From: an uncultured delta proteobacterium
GTDB taxonomy: Bacteria > Desulfobacterota > Binatia > UBA9968
Length of the DNA stretch: 64,000 nt
Direction of reading: 5' to 3'
Assembly: GCA_963737905.1 (NCBI GenBank)
Contig: CAVTUQ010000027.1
Span: forward strand, 1-64,000
The translations under genes were made by a program, and so were the position numbers. The notes under the pieces were generated by a model. The model had not been told where the DNA came from. It made no database searches and saw only the letters and a list, made by a program, of their open reading frames with translations. Each line of letters starts with the position of its first letter. Position 1 is the first letter of the stretch. Below, one piece after another: positions 59,606 to 64,000 of this stretch.

Positions 59606-59878
59606 TTAGGCCTTGATCAAGGTCCAAATGCCGATGGCGATGAACCCGATTCCCGCCAGATAATGCAAAGTTCTTTCGCTCACGTAATGCGACATGGCAG
59701 AACCCGCAGCGACGCCGATGGCGGATGTTACAACCAACGCCAAGGCCGCCCCGGCGAAAACAGTGAGTTTGCTGGCATTTTTGTCCGACGCAAATAGCAT
59801 CGTGGCCAGCTGCGTTTTGTCGCCAAGCTCTGCGATAAAGACCGACGTGAAAACCGTCGATAGTATTTTCCAGTCCAT
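59606..59878 (-). CDS. Half-size UPF0016 (TMEM165/GDT1) Mn/Ca transporter
   Basis: AELGDKTQ motif, three TMs. Confidence 0.9.
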   Translation of the reverse strand: MDWKILSTVFTSVFIAELGDKTQLATMLFASDKNASKLTVFAGAALALVVTSAIGVAAGSAMSHYVSERTLHYLAGIGFIAIGIWTLIKA

Positions 59879-59885
59879 AGAAGGT

Positions 59886-60737
59886 CTAACCGGTTTCTTG
59901 CTGATCCCAACTGAAGAAGGGGATCGCGGGAAATCCGGCATCGAGTCCTTCTGCGTACGACGGTGACGTTAGATTCGCTACGCCCATCATCATAAGGAAG
60001 TTCAAATAGCCAGTGGTCATATTCCCGGCTTTCATCATTCGAACTGGGCTGCAGCCCTCCGCCGCGCTTTTGATATCGCCGTGCTCGATCCAACCCACGG
60101 CGTCGGCGTCGAATTGCGGGTCCATCAGGTGACGCTCGAATTGCCGCGGGCCGCCAATCTCAAGCGACAGGTGGCCGCTGACGAGCACACCGACTCGTCG
60201 ATCGCCCGGGATGCTGTCAATGGCCTTACGTATGGCGACGCCGACTTCGTAGAAGCGTTTGGGCCGCGGCATCGGCGGCGCAATACAATTGGTCAGGATG
60301 GGAACGATCGGTATATCCATCTCCGGCCGGACGAACATCATCGGCACAATGATGGAATGATCGATCGTCAATTCATTGGAGTATGAGAAATCCACTCCCT
60401 CATCCAAGGCGCGTTCAAGAATGTGATCGGATAGATCCGGGTCGCCGGGCAGTTTGCAGGCCGGCAGGCCGAATTCGCGAGTCTCGTCATAGAATGTCCC
60501 ATCATAGCTTTCCATTTTACCGATCATGAAAGGCGGCATGTTGTCCATGAAAAACTGGTGCAGGTGGTCGTTACCGATCGTAATCAGCACGTCCGGCTTG
60601 GCCTCGGCCAGCTTCCTGCGCATCATGGCGATTCGCTCTTTGACCTTGGCGGCGCCTGGCGGCTGTTGCGGCTGTTGAAAGAGGCGCGGCATAAATGGGT
60701 TGTGGGTGATGCCGATAATCGTCACCAGTTTAGCCAT
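59886..60737 (-). CDS. LigB-family (class III) extradiol dioxygenase
   Basis: THNP, NDHLHQFF, IDHS and SGHLS. Confidence 0.85.
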   Translation of the reverse strand: MAKLVTIIGITHNPFMPRLFQQPQQPPGAAKVKERIAMMRRKLAEAKPDVLITIGNDHLHQFFMDNMPPFMIGKMESYDGTFYDETREFGLPACKLPGDPDLSDHILERALDEGVDFSYSNELTIDHSIIVPMMFVRPEMDIPIVPILTNCIAPPMPRPKRFYEVGVAIRKAIDSIPGDRRVGVLVSGHLSLEIGGPRQFERHLMDPQFDADAVGWIEHGDIKSAAEGCSPVRMMKAGNMTTGYLNFLMMMGVANLTSPSYAEGLDAGFPAIPFFSWDQQETG

Positions 60738-60808
60738 GGGCGACCTCCTGGAGATTGTAGGGTTGATCTTTAGCGCAACAAGCTCGGCGAACTTTCGACG
60801 ATTTCAAT

Positions 60809-61789
60809 CTACTGACCCAAAGACTTGAAGTAGCCATTCTTTTCCAACTCGTTGTAGATGCTGGGGTCCAGGAACTCATCGGCTTTTCGCCCCCTCGCCC
60901 TGGGGTCTGTTTCCGCTGCTTGCGCCAGAATGGTCTCGATGGCCTTATACGGCAACCGCGGCGGTCTTTCGATGAAGTTGGTGGCGTATTCGTAAGACGA
61001 TTCCAAGGCTTCACGGTCCTGAGTACGGGTCCACTTTCCAATTACTTTCATGGCCAGCTCTTTATCACGAAACAAGAGATCTACAGCTTCGCTATACGCC
61101 ATCAAGAATCGCTTTACCGTTTCACGGTCCTTTTTAATCGTGGAACGAGTGGAAACAAGACTCGTGGTGGGGTAGTCGAGCCCTACCTTGGCAAAGTTCG
61201 CGAACAGAGAAAAACCTGTCTTCTTTGCTTTGAAATCTCCTGGTGAAGACAGGACCCCTCCCTGAATTACGCCGGCCTGCATCCCGGCGAGAATTTCCGG
61301 CTGCCCGCCCATTTGGATGACTTTTACGTCACGATCAGGCTCAAGTCCCCACTTTTTTAGCAAAAAGCGCAAAGTGAAATCTGTCGAGGCGCCGTAGCGT
61401 GTAATCCCCAAAGTCTTGCCTCGCAAGTCCTCTTGGGTCTTGATCGCTGGCTGGACGTAAAGGTAGAAAGACGGCACATTCACCACGCCGCCAAAGGTCA
61501 CGATATCGCCGCCGGCAAGATCAGCAAAGACGATATTGCCACCCGCCAGGGCCACCGTGAATTCTCCGGCGATGATCGCCTGAGACACCCTGCTGCCCCC
61601 GGCGACGTAAACCGGATCGACATAAAGCCCATGCTTGTCAAAGATCTTGGCGTCCTTGGCAAGATAGAAACCGGACTGCGTCGCGCTGATGGCACTATAG
61701 GCGACAGCGATGCGTTTGGTTTGCGCCTGGAGTGTCCCGTGAATCAACCACGCCAGCAACAGAACGGAAACCATAAGATATTTGTTCAT
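60809..61789 (-). CDS. NitT/TauT ABC SBP
   Basis: FDKHGL and DLRGKTLGITRYG. Confidence 0.9.
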   Translation of the reverse strand: MNKYLMVSVLLLAWLIHGTLQAQTKRIAVAYSAISATQSGFYLAKDAKIFDKHGLYVDPVYVAGGSRVSQAIIAGEFTVALAGGNIVFADLAGGDIVTFGGVVNVPSFYLYVQPAIKTQEDLRGKTLGITRYGASTDFTLRFLLKKWGLEPDRDVKVIQMGGQPEILAGMQAGVIQGGVLSSPGDFKAKKTGFSLFANFAKVGLDYPTTSLVSTRSTIKKDRETVKRFLMAYSEAVDLLFRDKELAMKVIGKWTRTQDREALESSYEYATNFIERPPRLPYKAIETILAQAAETDPRARGRKADEFLDPSIYNELEKNGYFKSLGQ

Positions 61790-61966
61790 TCGTCACCCCT
61801 TCCTTTGGGTCGTTGCCATATTCACCGCCTGCGACGGTCTTAATACCATATGCCTTGGCCACTCGCTACTGAGCCGGCAGCCGTTGACAACATGCCACCT
61901 GCGACATTATATGGACGCAGCCTTTGCGCCATGGCTGCAGGGAGCATACTTTAAACGGGGGCAATT

Positions 61967-63166
61967 ATGCGAGGAGAGATCGAAGCGATCCAAGCCAAAA
62001 GCGAGAGTCGAAATGTCCGGTTAGTCGGTCACAACGATCTCAACGGTCACGGCGACGGGATGCAGCTACTCAAGAACGGCCGATACGTTTATCTTGCGCA
62101 TCTTGGCACCTCGCCGATGGCGCTCACGATCTTGGACGCGAGCGACCCGTCGGATCCTAAAGTCGTGCGCCAGATGCCACATCCCAATAATACCCACGCG
62201 CACAAAGTGCAAATCGCGGGCGATATCATGATTCAAAATCAGGAGCGTCCCTATTTCGACAAATCGATCTCTGCGAGTGTGCCGAACGAAGCTGGCATTC
62301 GGATCTATAGCATTGGTAATCCAACGGAGCCCCGCGAGATCGGCTACATGAAGATCCCGGGTAAAGGCGTGCACCGCATGTGGTTTACCGATGGCAAGTA
62401 CGCCCACGTCGGCGCGATGATTCCGGGGATCAAAGAGCGGGCTTATTTGATTGCGGATCTATCCGACCCGTCCAACCCGAAGCAGGCGGGTGTTTGGTGG
62501 ATTCCCGGAACCAAGGAAGGCGAGGAGACGCCGCCGGACTGGACGCCCTTTCCGGGCGAGCACTTTCACGTGCACGGAATCATTCCCCAGGGTGACCGCG
62601 CCTATGCCGCGCTGGTGGATGCCGGCATGGCGATCATCGACATTACCGATGTAAGCAAGCCGAAAACCATCAGCCGTATCGACTGGAGCCCGCCCTACGG
62701 CGGCTACGCGCATACGACTCTGCCGCTTCCGGGTAGAAAGCTCGTGGTAGCCGTCGATGAGTCGGTGAAATACGACTGTCAGGAAGGTGAAAAGCGAGTG
62801 TGGCTGATTGATATCCGGGAAGAAAAAAACCCGGTGATCGTCAGCACTTGCCCGGTCCCGGAGGGCGACTTCTGCAAGCGGGGCCTGCGGTTCGGTCCCC
62901 ACAACGTCCACGAGAACCGACCCGGATCATTCCAGAGCGAGAATTTGATTTTTGTTACTTACTATAATGCCGGCCTTCGGGTTTTTGACATAAGAAACAA
63001 GTTCCGCCCGGAGGAAGTAGGTTACTTCATTCCACCAGCGCCTGAAGGACAAAAGGCGCCCATGTTCAACGACCTTTATGTCGATACGGACGGTTTGATT
63101 TACGTGACGGACCGCATCAAAGGCGGACTCTACGTTCTGGAATACACGGGACCAAAAATTCAATGA
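61967..63166 (+). CDS. LVIVD-repeat beta-propeller protein
   Basis: Repeated IID/ISDPxxP motifs, FGPHN and YYNAGLRVFD. Confidence 0.85.
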   Translation: MRGEIEAIQAKSESRNVRLVGHNDLNGHGDGMQLLKNGRYVYLAHLGTSPMALTILDASDPSDPKVVRQMPHPNNTHAHKVQIAGDIMIQNQERPYFDKSISASVPNEAGIRIYSIGNPTEPREIGYMKIPGKGVHRMWFTDGKYAHVGAMIPGIKERAYLIADLSDPSNPKQAGVWWIPGTKEGEETPPDWTPFPGEHFHVHGIIPQGDRAYAALVDAGMAIIDITDVSKPKTISRIDWSPPYGGYAHTTLPLPGRKLVVAVDESVKYDCQEGEKRVWLIDIREEKNPVIVSTCPVPEGDFCKRGLRFGPHNVHENRPGSFQSENLIFVTYYNAGLRVFDIRNKFRPEEVGYFIPPAPEGQKAPMFNDLYVDTDGLIYVTDRIKGGLYVLEYTGPKIQ

Positions 63167-63269
63167 GATCATGTTTACTAACCGCAAAGAACGCATAGAA
63201 CTCAAAGAAGATTTGCTCTGCGAACTTTGCGTTCTCTGCGGTTGAAATGTTGCGGGAGGAAAGTCAGGC

Positions 63270-64000
63270 GTGGCTACCGATCGTCTGGTTGTGAACGTCT
63301 TCAACGTTGATGCGGCGTTAAATGTCGCTCGCGGGAGAGGACTCTTCACTGCGGAGGGAATCGACGTTGAGCTGCTGGTCACGCCGAATTCGACGGATCA
63401 AATGCGCGGCCTCGGCAAGGGCTCTTGGCAGGTCGTTTCGACGGCATTCGACAACGTGCTCGGATGGTCGGGTCGCGAGGGCGCGGAGATTGTCGCCGTC
63501 GCCCAAATATCCCAAGGAATGACTTTGCCGGTTTACGTCAGGCCGGAAATTAAAAGCTGGAACGATCTTCGCGGCAAGAAGCTTGCGGTGGATGCCGTGG
63601 ACACGGCCTACGCGCTGGTCTTGCGGCGAATTATCCTGGAGCACGGCCTCGATTTCGATCGGGGCGATTATGAACTGGTCCCGCTGGGGACAACGGGAGC
63701 CCGCTTGGAATCGATGACGCGGGGTGAGACGTTTGCCGGTGTTCTTAATCCGCCGTGGGACAAGCAAGCTGAGGCCGCTGGACACAAGCGCTTCGCGGAT
63801 CACCGAGAGGTCTTGCCTAACTATCCCGGAGGAGTCTTTGCCGTCAGTCGTAATTGGGCGCGTGAAAATCGCCGGTTGCTGGTCAAGTTTTTACGCATTT
63901 GGAACAACGCGCTTCGTTGGTGTCATGACGACAGAAATCGCAGCGACGTGCTCAGGGTCATCGCGGCGGAGGAAAAAGTCGATGAAACCGCGGCGGAGCG
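63270..64000 (+). CDS. NitT/TauT ABC SBP, runs off the window end
   Basis: ggagga RBS then GTG 63270: VATDRLVVNVF..GLFTAEGIDV..DLRGKKLAVDA. Confidence 0.8.
   Translation, partial: MATDRLVVNVFNVDAALNVARGRGLFTAEGIDVELLVTPNSTDQMRGLGKGSWQVVSTAFDNVLGWSGREGAEIVAVAQISQGMTLPVYVRPEIKSWNDLRGKKLAVDAVDTAYALVLRRIILEHGLDFDRGDYELVPLGTTGARLESMTRGETFAGVLNPPWDKQAEAAGHKRFADHREVLPNYPGGVFAVSRNWARENRRLLVKFLRIWNNALRWCHDDRNRSDVLRVIAAEEKVDETAAE

Overview
This is a GC-rich bacterial window; the gene content suggests a Candidatus Binatia-like deltaproteobacterium (inference). About 2.5-22.7 kb is a head-to-tail array of 14 paralogous orphan ABC_sub_bind-type substrate-binding protein (SBP) genes with no permease or ATPase. 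Each copy ends in a conserved tail (V-L-A-R-A-D-R/K-V-I-K/R-stop), which is followed directly by a leader made of 7-nt-periodic repeats, usually with a reverse-complement arm. Four unrelated cargo blocks (methyltransferase, inverted PIN toxin-antitoxin pair, three NitT/TauT SBPs, inverted aspartyl protease) are each followed by an orphan copy of that tail. A four-helix-bundle gene sits between the arms of one leader. Leaders, signal peptides and internal segments are shuffled between paralogs. This resembles a cassette-like diversifying array whose recombination site lies in the SBP 3' end; no recombinase is visible in the window. The rest is housekeeping and metabolism: hisG/hisI, cutA, a tryptophanase-like operon, sthA, a polar amino-acid ABC transporter, sixA, gltA, mltD, ligAB-like genes and many SBPs. 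It also holds a selenoprotein the ORF track truncates (GrdA, in-frame TGA) next to grdC. Many 1-nt frameshifts suggest long-read assembly error, so pseudogene calls are tentative.
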